A DNA stretch of 63,418 bases, the filler included, from Octopus bimaculoides (taxonomy: Eukaryota), in assembly GCF_001194135.2 (NCBI RefSeq). It is 7 parts of 7 records of this genome, joined end to end, with 100 filler letters (N's around TTAATTAATTAA, not from the genome) between each part and the next. Parts side by side here need not be neighbours in the genome. Positions count along the whole stretch, not along the records: positions 35,928 to 43,679 come from NC_069009.1; positions 43,780 to 53,210 come from NC_068986.1; 5 more parts are not named here. One strand, 5' to 3'. The notes beneath the pieces are model-generated. The model saw only the letters and a list, made by a program, of their open reading frames with translations. It did no database searches and was not told the DNA's origin. The position numbers and the translations under genes were made by a program. Positions 36,990 through 49,693 of the stretch are shown here, in pieces; the stretch's first letter is position 1, and each line of letters begins with the position of its first letter.

Positions 36990-37525
36990 GCTCATGGCTT
37001 AATGGTTAGGGTACTTGGCTTACAGTCATGACTTCATGTGTTCAATTCCTGGTGGAGCATTATGTCCTTTCTTTCATATTGCTCCCCTCTGCTCAGCTGG
37101 CAAAAACAAGTTGTACCAGTAATTGAAAGGGGCCAACCATGTCTCATGCTGTGTCTGAATATCCTTGAGAACTATATTAACGGCATATGTGTCTGTGGAG
37201 TGCTCAGCCATTTGCATGTTAATTTCACGAACAGGCTATTCTCTTGATCAGATCAACTGGAACCCTCGTCCTTGTGACCAGTGGAGTACCACTGTCCTTG
37301 AGCAAGACACTTCACTCCACACTGCCTCACTCCACTCAGCTGCCAAAAATGAGTTGTACTTGTATTTCAAAAGGGTCAGCCTTGTCACATTCTGTGTCAC
37401 GCTGAATCCCATGAGAACTACATTAGGTACACGTGTCTGTGGAGTACTCAGCCACTTGCATGTTAATTTCATGAGCAGGCTGTTCCACTGATCGATCAAG
37501 TGGAACACTCGTCTTCTTAACCACC
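36990..37525 (+). mobile_element. Two head-to-tail copies of a third tRNA-SINE family (second copy lacks the head)
   Basis: Head tggcttaatggttaggg...gttcaattcct; both copies share cagctg(g/c)caaaaa...gtgtctgtggagt(g/a)ctcagcca(t/c)ttgcatgttaatttca...gatcaa(c/g)tggaac. Confidence 0.75.
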
Positions 37526-37897
37526 AAAAAAAAAAAAACAGTTTTAATTATTTATTACAGATATCTGTGGCTATGTGGATGTGTTTCTTTCACGCATATA
37601 GAATTGTATGCATTCATGAGCACGTATACGTGTATATACGTGTGTACATGACATTTATGTAATTTTACAAGGAGACAAACTGACAGCAATTTAATAACAA
37701 GTGTATATATGTGTAACTATATGGTATATATGTATATATGCATATATATATATATATATATGTGTGTATATCAATGTGAACGTGTGTGTGTGTGTCTATT
37801 TTCATGATTGTGTTTGCAGGTGAAAGGTTGTTACGAATTACTGCATTTTTGTCAAAAATGTTATGTGTGTGCATATGTGCACACACATACACACATA

Positions 37898-38282
37898 TAC
37901 TCTTTTACTTGTTTCAGTCATTTGACTGCAGCCATGCTGGAACACCACCTTTAGTCGAGCAAATCGACCCCAGGACTTATTCTTTGTAAGCCTAGTACTT
38001 ATTCTATCGGTCTCTTTTGCTGAACCGCTAAGTTATGGGGACGTAAACACACCAGCATTGGTTGTCAAGCGATGTTGGAGGGACAAACACAGACACATCA
38101 AACACACTCATATACATATACATATATAGGACGGGTTTCTTTTCAGTTTCCGTCCACCAAATCCACTCACAAGGCTTTGGTTGGCCCGAGGCTATAGTAG
38201 AAGACACTTGCCCAAGGTACCATGCAGTGGGACTGAACCCAGAACCATGTGGTTGGTAAGCAAGCTACTTACCACACAGCTA
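37898..38282 (-). mobile_element. Full-length young family A SINE
   Basis: tactcttttacttgtttcagtcatttgactgcagccatgctgg...ccatgtggttggtaagcaagctacttaccacacagc. Confidence 0.9.
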
Positions 38283-38289
38283 CTTACCA

Positions 38290-38467
38290 CAGCCTATTAT
38301 ATATATATGTTTGTGAATATATCATAGATATAAGCATAAATACACAGCCACACACCTACATTCATATATATATATATATATATATATGGGTGTGTATTAT
38401 GTGTGTATATATATTTGTATGTATGCATACATATGATATACACACACACACACACATATATATAATA

Positions 38468-38510
<43 letters not shown>

Positions 38511-39208
38511 ACATATATATATAAAAGCAACTATTATATGTATGTTAAAATACATATCGATATGTTTAAACATGCATATAAATACATAGTAATATATAAC
38601 CATATATCCCCTATACTCACACATACTATGTTCCAAAAGCATTTAACTGTAACTGTATATTTTAGTATATGTGTCTATACTTAAAAAACTGCTTTTCTCT
38701 TTTCCTCTGGATGTAAATTACATCAGTGTACAAAAACCTAACCTAATATATATTGCATATACATATATTCTGTGTATGCATGTGTCTAATTGAATGTATA
38801 CCTTAAGCGAGTATTTGTTTGTAAGTGAGTTTATGTGTGTGTCTTGTGACTTGCATGTGTTGCGTTTCTGGAATTTTGTTATAAATTGATGTAGTTTTAA
38901 GGAAATCTGAGATGTGCATATATACATATATATGTCTCTGTGTGTGTGCTCGAAACATATGTATGTTTTATAAAGCATAAAATACCAAATATATTTCCTG
39001 TATTTTATTAATATTTTACATACATACAACATATAAGTATACACACACACACACATATACATATATGAGAAACAAGATTAGTTTTATGATATATTTGATA
39101 TTAATAATAAATATATATATGCATAAATATATATATAGATATACTCTGAACATGGATACTCTTCCCTTAGGATACGCTTGCAAAATGAGTCCTGTCTGTA
39201 TGTGTATG

Positions 39209-39256
<48 letters not shown>

Positions 39257-39720
39257 TATATATATGTGCATATGTGTATGGGTCTGTGTATATATGGATG
39301 TATAGCTGTTTACGTATACACATTTATAAACTGTTCCTACATACACTCAAGCACATTTATATATATATTTTTAAATATATATATATATATATATGTATTT
39401 ATGTATGTATATATGTATGTATGTGTGTATATATTTATGTATGCATCTATGTACTTCACTCTTTCCGTATATATATGTATATGCATGTGTGTGTGTGTGT
39501 GTGTAAACATATATATGCATATACACACACACACACACATAGGTACATTCAAACACCTATACAGTATTTTTGAATTATGTAATTCAAAAACCTGCCATTC
39601 ACACACAAACACACAGACGGCATTACCTCACACAAACATGCCTCCACGCAGACTCATACACCCAAACACACACCCATATATATATGCATATGTACATCCC
39701 ATACATAAGCCGAAAAGTAG
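38290..39720. repeat. Low-complexity (TA/CA/TG)n field
   Basis: Dense dinucleotide and tetranucleotide runs; source of spurious YI/CV ORFs. Confidence 0.9.
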
Positions 39721-40071
39721 AAGTCCAATTTAAACGAGTGTATATTAAAGCTATATCGTATTACATTGCAATTACATTTTAAACACAACACAAAATATTT
39801 GACATTTATTAACACACAGGAGAGCAAAGCACCGTTCCTATCTCCACTTCCCTCTCAATTTACTCCTACCACACACACAATCCTTCCCTGGCGACAAGGT
39901 TTTTTTGCATTTTTCTTTGTTTTGTTTTTGTCTGTTTCCCAGTCTTTCCTTCCTCACAACCTACCAGAAATAGCAGCCAAATCTCCCTCAACTTATACCC
40001 ACCCTTGTTATCTTAAAACAAACAAATGCCCATTAGAATGTGTGTGGTCCCTAACAACATGTAAACAATTA

Positions 40072-40690
40072 TAACCACTAATACTAACTACATACTATAC
40101 ATTAGATAATGTAGTCCTAGGTACATTATGTCTGAATAAAGGATTGGATGATCACAACTGGAACATCTTTGATCATAGATCCACTGGATCAGGGGTGACC
40201 TTGGGTTAAACGACAGCAACAACAACATCCTCTATTATCACTAATATATTATACATTAAATAATGTAGTCTTAGATACACAATGTCTGAATAAAAGATGG
40301 AATGGTCACAGCTGGAGGATCTTGATTAGGGCATCTGCTGGATCAGGAACGACCTGGGATTAAACAGCAACACAAAACATGTATAATCGCTAATACTAAC
40401 TACTATACTATACATTTGAGAGTGTAGTCCAAGATACACTATGTAATGAATAATGGATGGGATGGTCACAGTTGGAACATATTTGATCATAGGTCTGTTG
40501 GATCTAGGGTGACCTGGGGCTAAACAACAACAACTATTGCTTCTAGTAATAAGTACTATAATACACATTAGCTAATGTAGTCCTAGATACACTATGCCTG
40601 AATAAACGATAGGATGGTCATGGCTGGAACATTTTTGATCATAGGTCTGCAGGATCAAGACTTACAAGGCATTAAACAACAGCAGCAACA
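40072..40690 (+). repeat. Tandem array of four ~155-bp units, each a family C 3' end plus AT-rich spacer
   Basis: Units at about 40072, 40231, 40381 and 40533 share (a/g)tgtagtc...atgtctgaataaa...ggatggtcac...ctgga...ttgat...tctg...ggatc...aaac(aac)n. Confidence 0.85.
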
Positions 40691-40841
40691 GATTATTATC
40701 ACAGCAGAACAGAACCATATACGAATTACCTCCCCTTTTCAGTAATCCTTCACTTCCTCCCTCCCTGCTTCCCCGTCTTTCCTTGTCTCCATTTTTCTTG
40801 CTTTTTTTTTTGTTAGTCATTCTAAAAATAATCACATCATA

Positions 40842-41004
40842 GGCGTAGGAGTGGCTGTGTGGTAAGTATCTTAGTAATGAACCACATGGTTCCGGGTTCA
40901 GTCCCACTGCGTGGCACCTTGGGCAAGTGTCTTCTACTATAGCCTTGGGCCAACTAAAGCCTTGTGAGTCGCTTTGGTAGACGGAAACTGAAAGAAGCCC
41001 GTCG

Positions 41005-41036
<32 letters not shown>

Positions 41037-41230
41037 TATATGTTTGTGTGTCTGTGTTTGTCCCCCCCAACATCACTTGACAACCGATGCCGGTGTGTTT
41101 ACTTCCCTGTAACTTAGCGGTTCAGCAAAAGAGACCGATAGAATAAGTCCTGGAGTTGATTTGCTCAACTATAGGCGGTGCTCCAGCATGGCCACAGTCA
41201 AATGACTGAAACAAGTAAAAGAGTAAAGAG
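40842..41230 (+). mobile_element. Full-length family A SINE inserted in a TTAA-MITE unit
   Basis: Left flank gtcattctaaaaataatcacatcat resumes after the SINE as atcattgaaatctcaaagc (short atcat duplication). Confidence 0.9.
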
Positions 41231-42085
41231 TATCATTGAAATCTCAAAGCAGTGAGAAAATGTGTGATTAATTCAAAAGAATGTGAATAAATAAGCATTA
41301 CAGAGTAATCTAAATGATAAAGTATTAAACTGGCCATATCTGGCCTAATATTTTAACAGTTTAATGCTGAAACCAACCATATCCAACCTTTCACACCTAC
41401 CCTACATGGTCATTCCTAAAATAAACAATCACATCGAAATCTTGAAGCCACAGAGTAATGCTTGGTTAGTTCAAAACAATGTATAAATAAGCTTTAAATT
41501 TGACAGAATAATCTCAATGCTAAAGTGTTAAGCCAGCCATGCCTGGCTGGTTTCATGTTCAAACTGGCTGGGTCCAGCTTCTCTCACCTACCCTACAATG
41601 CCATTCTAAAAATAAACCATCACATCATTGAATTCTTGAAACTATGATTAATTTAAAGCAATTTCAATAAATAAGCATTACATTTGAGTAATCTTAATGC
41701 TAAAGGGATGAACCGGCCATATCTGATCCTAATATTTTATCCGTTTTATGTACACACTGGACAGATCCAGCTTCTCACACCAACCCTACAATGTCATTCT
41801 AAAAATAAACAACCACACCATAAAAAATCTTATAGCTACGAGATAATGTATGATTAATACAAAACAATGTAAATAAATAATTACATTTAGCAGAGTAATC
41901 TGAATGTTAAGGGGTTAAACTGACCAGATCTGGCCTCTCACACCTACCTTACAATGCCATTCTAAAACTAAACAATCACATCAATGAAATCTCAAAGCTT
42001 TGTGTGATATAGTGCATGGTTAATTAACTCAAAGCAATTTGAGTAAATAAACATTACATTTGACAAATTAATCTGAATACAAAAG
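41231..42085 (+). repeat. Head-to-tail array of ~190-200-bp TTAA-MITE-derived units
   Basis: About 4.5 units with ...ctcacacctaccctacaatgtcattctaaaaataaacaatcacatc...cattacatttgacagagtaatctgaatgctaaagggttaa consensus; unit ends near 41330, 41531, 41712, 41920 and 42085. Confidence 0.85.
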
Positions 42086-42099
42086 AGCCGACTTCTTTC

Positions 42100-42661
42100 A
42101 AATCTCAGAAATGAATTTAAAACTCTTCATTCTCCACCCACCCCTCTTCCTCTCTTTCCTCTTAAATTCTTTTAAATCTTTCAAATAAATACAAAGAATT
42201 CTATCCTCTCTTTCTTTTCCTCCTCTCTTCAACACAAGAATAGTAAGAATTTCTCATTCCGATGCTTCCTTCTTCTTTTCCACAATTTTGTCACCTTTTT
42301 CTATCTATCTATCTGCCTATCTATCTATCTATCTGTCTGTCTGTCTTTCACTCATTTGTAAATTCCTTGAAACAAAGAACCAAAACAGTAAAAAAAAAAA
42401 TCATTTTGCCCCATCTCTCTTCTCTCTCTCTCTCTCTCTCTATCCCTCCCTTATTCCAAAATTCCTTGAACTAAACCCCACAAAAACAACAACAAATTCC
42501 TTCACGTCACTCTCTCTCTCTATCCCTTCTTTAATCTCCATCCACTCTATGTATCTATCTATCTATCTATCTATCCATCTATCTATTCGTCCATCCGTCT
42601 GTATCTATCTATCTCTCTATCTATTTTTATCTATCTATATATCTGTCTGTCTATCTATCTA

Positions 42662-42703
<42 letters not shown>

Positions 42704-42766
42704 NNNNNNNNNNNNNNNNNNNNNNNNNNNNNNNNNNNNNNNNNNNNNNNNNNNNNNNNNNNNNNN

Positions 42767-42819
<53 letters not shown>

Positions 42820-43055
42820 GTCTGTCTGTCTGTCTTTCACTTATTCCCAAATTCCTTAAATTTAACCCCCAAAATAGCAAAATGGTCATTCCGATCACTC
42901 TCTTTCTAACTCATTCTCCATCTCCCTTTGTTCTCTCTCATGATGGCCCTATGTCACACATTCAATCTCTCTCATTCGTGATCTCTCACTCTCTTGCACA
43001 TTCAATCACTTTAACTTTCTTCATCCTCCTACTGTCTCTCTCTCCCTATATATAT

Positions 43056-43133
<78 letters not shown>

Positions 43134-43560
43134 ATCACTGTCTCTCTCTCCATTTTTCTTTCCTTCTCTCCTTCCTTTCCTCCCTCTTTCTCTCATCCCT
43201 AAATTCCTTGAAATAAACCCCCAAAATCAGCAAAAAGCTCATTCACCTCATTCTCCTATCATTTCTTTCTCTCTCTGTTTCTCTCTTCCTCTCTCTCTCC
43301 CTCTCTCTATCTCTCTTCTCTCTCAGCCTATCCCTCCCTCATTTTCAAATTCCTCATATTCCATCCCTCTCTCCACCACATTTCTTTCTCTTGGTTTCTC
43401 CCTATCTGTTTCTCTCGGTTTCTCTATCTCCCTCTCTTTTTCTCTCTTCTCTCTACACATCTAACCCCTAATTCTTAAATTCCTCGTTTTCTCTCCTCGT
43501 CTCCACCCCGCTCTTTTATCTGCCTTTCTCTTTCCCTTCTCTCTCTTCTTATTTTCCTCC
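42100..43560 (+). repeat. 1.4-kb strand-biased CT/TATC polypyrimidine region with a recurring ~45-bp module
   Basis: Module like tctttcac(t)cattcc(a)aaattccttgaa(a)taaacccc(c)aaaa at about 42345, 42448, 42832 and 43190. Confidence 0.8.
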
Positions 43561-43679
43561 ATCTCGGTGTCACATTTGGACAGCCAACAGCCGAGATACG
43601 CTGCTAATCCATTTTTTGTCTTGAAGTCTTGTGCATGGAACTGTGAAATATCCTGGCTTTCTTGCACAGATTCTTTTAA

Positions 43680-43779
43680 NNNNNNNNNNNNNNNNNNNNN
43701 NNNNNNNNNNNNNNNNNNNNNNNTTAATTAATTAANNNNNNNNNNNNNNNNNNNNNNNNNNNNNNNNNNNNNNNNNNNN
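43680..43779. other. Synthetic assembly spacer (44N-TTAATTAATTAA-44N)
   Basis: Same 100-nt construct. Confidence 0.95.
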
Positions 43780-46317
43780 GTTAATTCAATAAATGTGTTT
43801 GTGTTAAAAAGTTTGAAACTCTCAAGTTTTATACTTCACTGTCAGCTTTGTACACCAGTGATATTGGGATCTATTGATTCTGATTTGTAGAGCGTTTATG
43901 TATTTCATTCATCATGGAATTAAGCTTTTGTTTGTAATGTAGTGGACCTTACAAACTCTTTGAATTGAATTTTTTCAAGTGGGATACGTATTGATAGAAA
44001 ACAGGCTCACTTGTTTTTGCACTTTGAAGTAGTGACAAACTTTTAAACTACAAATGCTCTCTGGTTAGTTTAGCATCTTGATAGTGTACTAAAGTGATGA
44101 ACATGATATCCGCCCCAGTCTGAATTTTGTGACTGAGTTGATATAACTGATTTAGTACATAATTGCAATGGGAAATATTGTCAGCTCTTAGACTTGAGTT
44201 GATTTTATTTTATTTCACCAGGCACATAAAGTCTCTTAGCTTTGTCATTGGTATGCTATCCAGACATAGTTTTAATTTATAAAATCTGTTTAGGTTATTG
44301 AAATGTGTTCAGTGTATTGTACAAGTTGACCTATTGGATGGAAAGTGTCTTGCATGGTGTGAGTTGAATTTTTTTTTCTTATTCCTGTATGTAAAAGGGT
44401 TGGAGCTGAAATAATTTTAGCATTACTTCGCCTAAGATTAATGTCAAATCTTTTGTTGTCTCATAATGTAGAGTTTGAGTCATCAGCAAAAGTTGTTGAT
44501 GCATTGAATAAATTCTTGTTGACTCTTACATTTAATAGATTTAATACTGATTTTGTAGTAATTGTGGTGATATCTCAGTCTGTTTAGTGAGTTCTTAGTT
44601 TAATAATATTGATGTACTCTTAATTGCCATGTATTTTTAAGGTACATTGCTTCGTATTGAAAGTTTTGTCTAATTTACTTTACTGTTTAGTAAAAACATC
44701 TGAACTCTCAATGGTTTAACTTAAAATACAAGTAAAAATTCTAGCAGTTGTAATGCATTATAGATGTTTCTAAAAAGGAAATTTAATAGAATATTTATTC
44801 TATCTCTGCAACAGTTATGACTTGTATTATAATTGTATATGCTCCTCTCTGAATGTAGAGTGTAATGAAAGTCTGGAGCCAACAGAAGTTTCCTTTCTGT
44901 GTATATATCTAAACATCTAACTTTTTTTTTTCCACAGCCAGATTCAAAACTGACAGCAGATGATGGTGTTGAACATCCATTTTGAAGAGAAGATTGTGAC
45001 AGCTAGCCTAGTATTTGTGCAGAAACTATAAACAAGGAAAACCATCATTGAGGCATTCTCTTGTACTTGATATAATTCCAAATATACAAGATCTTGAAGA
45101 ACTTCATGGTGATGACACCTATAATGAATTTTCTACTGGGCCAGAATTCTATACACACTGTAGAGAAAATGAATAAAAGTTCTTCAAAACTAACAAAATT
45201 ACCTTTTTTTTTTTTTAAACCACATATTGTAGATATTAAATAACTGTTCATTATATAATCATGAGGATTTAAAAAGCATATTTTATATTTTATATGCATG
45301 TTGGATGTGTCAGTCTTTTGTAGTGATGATTATATTTTAAAAAATATGCATTTGTTGCAGAGACAATAGCACTATTGATCTTTAGACCAAGACACTTTTT
45401 TTCAGTCATTTTTCTTTCTATCTTCATCAGAACAAATTGCATCATAATTTATGGGATTAACAGCAATCTTTGATAAGCTATCAGTCTGAAAAGCTTCTGG
45501 TTAATTTAATATTGTTTGTGCTTGCATAGGAGGCCACAGTTTTGCATTCTGAAGATATAATTTAGTTCACCAAAAGATATTAAATCAAGACCTTGGATGC
45601 TTACAATCATGATGTCATTATAAAACAAGATGAAGTGAATATCTTCAAATAAAGTATATTGGTGTAATTTTTCATGTTGAATCTGATTTTCTTGTTTGTT
45701 CCAGAAATATTTTAAAATGTTATGGAGGTTTAAAGTTTGATCATTAAGATATTTTTGATGAAAACAGAACGTTGCAACACTGAAAGTTATGGGAAGTTTT
45801 AATGAGTAAAATCATGTGAAATGTTGAATGGCTGTGTAAATGATTTTAAAAGGAGCTTCTGCAGCAAGTCATAACAAAATTAGATTAGAAAAGTTGCATC
45901 AACATACCAATGACAAATACATTTACCAGTTTGCTAAAATAATGCAAAACATTTGAGCAGGCATGTCAACAAAAAAAGGGGGAATCCTCTTATTGCAATC
46001 TTGTTTAACAAACATTCTCATGATGGAAAAAGTAGTTGGCTAACTGCTCTGGTTCCTTTTTATTTCAATTCATTTTGAAAAAGTTATAATCTAATCTTTG
46101 GAACCTACGTAATGAAATGTGGATGGAAGGTTTTTATTTCAGATCTCTTTAAAACCAGTTTATATCAAAGGATTTAATTTTCTTTTGCTCTTTTCAGAGA
46201 TATTGAATGGACTGATTATAAATACTGTGGGTGTTACCATCTATAAAATTTCTTCAATCATTTCTAAGGACAAAGGTGAAGCCTTAGAAATAGTTATAGG
46301 GAAATAAATTATCTAGG

Positions 46318-46590
46318 CCAAGGTTATGGAGAAAGTTATAGCCCAATTGATCAGTGGAGGCCTGGATGAGAAGCAGCACCACAGATGCATTCTTCTTAGG
46401 CAACTTAAGAATAAACTGCTATACTTTTGTTTTAAAGAAAACATTTTACAGGGTATCACATTCAGTAACTTTGTGGGCATTGAGGAAATGAGTAGATGAA
46501 TGGTTTGAGCTATGTACAAGGATACAGCAAGTGATGAAGGTAGGTGACAATCAAGGTTCAGTCCTCTGCTATTTATCATATGCCTTCAAG
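46318..46590 (+). mobile_element. Heavily eroded RTE reverse-transcriptase fragment
   Basis: Pieces encode AKVMEKVIAQLI, ...STTDAF..., and QGSV-LLFII (RT QGSVLSPLLF motif) with many small deletions. Confidence 0.5.
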
Positions 46591-47594
46591 CTGTCCATGG
46601 CAACTTTGTGCTCAGCTGGATCCATATAGGAATTTGAGAAATTTGAAGTAGGGAAACTGAAATTGAGAAGACTTAAGGTAAGCTGAGCAATGACAAAAGG
46701 AAATGACCTTGCTTGATATGCAGAAAAATGGATGTAAGTTTGGAATTATCTGGAAATGTTTCATATGAATTCACTGGTAGCTGAGTCTCTTAAACCTAAA
46801 AAATGTAATTAAAGGTGGGTGGTTGCTCTGACAATGTAAGAAGCTATAGTGAGGACTGGTTGGAGAAAGTTCAGAAATCTTCCAATTGCACTGAGTCATG
46901 GTCTTTGTGTATGTTTGAGGGCAGTTGTATAAAGAAATTCTACTCAATGTGGCCAGAGCTTGTGAAAGAGGAGACGAAGTGCTTAAAGCTGACCTTGGGA
47001 TCCTGAGCATGATGGAAAAGATGACAAAAAGACTGGGTTCTCTTGCAATATTAGATTCTTGAAAAGCCCTCATTAACAAAACATCTGGAAGTGCTCTCCA
47101 CTTGCATTACAGCGAATCCTACCTCTCCCATGCATTAGGCCTGCCTCTTTTCACCATCTGCAAGTTACTCAATAATGTCATCCATTTCTTTTGCCCTCAC
47201 ACTATTGTATCACTACTACTGCTGTTTGCCCTTCAGTTTCTTCTACATCTGTATCCCACCCCCCTCCTTGAAGGCTACTTACTCAGTCATCTATCAACCC
47301 TACCCATTTTAGCAGTATGCATCCCCTTGTTCTCCTTCCCATCCAATCTTGCAAATGAATTCAACTCACCTTGTGCATTGTGGGGCCATCTTAGCACGTC
47401 ACTGTTATCTCTTGCAGTTCCTACCATTCATTTCCTTTTTCTGACCCCTTCCCCTACTAGTTGTGTGTAGCCATCTAGACCCTGTACTGCTGCCTTCCTC
47501 AATTTCTCCTACTTCAATCCCGTTATCCTTTAGCATGAAGCTGACCTACTCACCCAGGGTTTATTCTCTGCACTACATGGTAACTTCAGTAATG

Positions 47595-47765
47595 CAGATG
47601 GCATGAAAAAGCACCCACTCCATGCTGTAAAGTGGTTGGCAGTAGGAAGGGCATCCAGCTGTAGAAATGCTGAAACACTGGGGCATGATGATATCCTTGA
47701 ACACAACAAATCCTATCAAACCATCCAGCCCATGCCAATAAGGAACTGGATGTTAATGATGCAGA
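47595..47765 (+). mobile_element. RTE-type retroposon 3' tail
   Basis: gtaaagtggttggcagtaggaagggcatccagctgtagaa...cccatgcc...gatgttaatgatg. Confidence 0.75.
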
Positions 47766-48780
47766 TAAATTGTTCACTTGCTAATGGATATATGCAGCCC
47801 ATCCACTGAACATTGATTTCTTTGTTTTTGGGGGGTTTTTTTCAACCAAGTACAAAGAAACATTTTGTGTCATGCTCCATTAGCAAATAATTATTGAAGC
47901 AAACCCAACCCATTCATGGCAAATGCTTCTATGAAGATTGCAAGTTAGTAATTATTCATCCATTTTCAACTCCAATATCATGACTCAAGGCATGTCTCTA
48001 TGTTAGTTGAATTGGATATTAGATGTTTAACAAGAACTTGAAAAACTATGAATCATTCTTCACTGACTGGGTGCAGTTGCATTTCTACTGAATCCTACTC
48101 CTGCTTCAATCCCCTCATCCTTTAACATGAAGCTGACCTACTCACCCTACTTCTGTGCAGAACATATTGAGAGTAGCAGCTTATTTCATTCCAATGGACA
48201 AGTCACTTGCTGCAGTCCTGATGATGTATGAACAAAGTCCATTTTTCATTTCCAGCATGAATATGTTAAAATTTCAATTTTTCTATATTTGGATTTCACT
48301 CACAAGAGCTACTTCAAAAAAGATACAAGGCATAATGAAAGAAGTATCAACTTTTGAATCAGATTTTATTTACACATGCTCTGGTATATGTGGTCTACAC
48401 TTGCAACATGAATTTTATGAATCAAGAATGTAAATACAGGCTGGAGAAAAAAATAAACTAGAAAATCTCTGATTCAGGCTCATCTCTGAAATGCTCGATT
48501 TGGTTTAGACAACTTTTTCTTGTGTTTTTTTTTAATTTAGTTTTTTGCCTGCATCCAAGTGCAGAATATGAAGTAAAATCTAAATACATTATTCTGACTA
48601 TGCAGTTGTTGACTTCATATGCTTAAGTAAAAAGCATAATCTAGTCTGTCACCTTTACTGTTCTCATTGACAGAATAATCTGAATGCTAAAGGGTTAAAG
48701 TGTTTCAGTGACAATGTTTATGCTATGGCTCCTTGCCTGCATCATGGACTCCTGCATTGGGAATGAGAAGCACAATCTGC

Positions 48781-49000
48781 GTTTAGCATTCAGATTATTT
48801 TGTCAAATGTAAAATACTTAGTTATTCAATTTGTTTTGAATTAATCACACATTATCTCATAACTTCAAGATTTTGATGATGTGATTGCTTATTTTTAGAA
48901 TGACATTTTAGAGTAGTTGTAAGAGGCTGGATATGACCAGTTTGAGCATAAAACAGGTAAAATATTTGGGCTGGATATGACTGGTTTAAATGCTAAAGGG
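48781..49000 (-). mobile_element. TTAA (piggyBac-like) MITE copy
   Basis: tttagcattcagatt...aatgctaaaggg followed by TTAA (49001-49004); reverse orientation to the 49473 copy. Confidence 0.8.
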
Positions 49001-49472
49001 TTAAGTCACTCGTGTGCCACTGATAACATGTAATCCCTGTATTCCTTGTTACAAGGTTGAGTCATGTGATTAAGCTGGTACCCATTGCATTATTGTGTGG
49101 GAACATAGAAATACACAACCTCTTGACCAAGCAGTAAGGTCATTGGGAATGATGCACCTTTAGTTGTAGTTAAAATAAACCAAGTTTTCTTTCAAGCTAA
49201 ATACTATCACACCATAATTCCTTGCCTTTAATTTAGATGAGCAGCACTTCTTGAACAACTAACAAACATCTTTCATGAGTTTATAGAAAAATAAAAATGG
49301 ATCTAATTCAGAATTACAAAATGCAGTTACTTTGACTGGAAATGCACTTGTTTCAATGAATTTGTTCTTCCATCAAAATGATTTTGACTTACAACAGCTT
49401 ATTGGGACACAGTCGATTCATAAGGATTCTTCAATATTAATAGTGGACATCCACAAATTCTTTAACATTTAA

Positions 49473-49693
49473 CCCTTTAGTGTTTAAACCGGCGATATCC
49501 AGACCAATATATTCTACATGTTTTATATTCAAACTGGTGATATCTAGCCTCTCACACCTAACCTACAGTGACATTCTAAAAATAAACAATCACATCATTG
49601 AAACCTCAAAGCTATAACATAATGCATGATTAGTTCAAAACAATTTGAGTGAAAAAGTATTACATTTAACAGAGTAATCTGAACACTAAAGGG
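49473..49693 (+). mobile_element. Complete TTAA (piggyBac-like) MITE, followed by a 5'-truncated tandem unit to 49902
   Basis: Perfect 12-bp TIR CCCTTTAGTGTT/AACACTAAAGGG with TTAA on both sides; second unit ends gctaaaggg-TTAA at 49902. Confidence 0.9.

Noticed and set aside
40072-42085. Regularly spaced repeats resembling a CRISPR array
   Set aside because: Units are 150-200-bp TE fragments without unique spacers; eukaryotic context; no cas genes.
44470-44500. Minus-strand FADD (RT-like motif)
   Set aside because: Surrounding frames gave no other recognisable RT motifs; may be an old LINE but cannot be supported.
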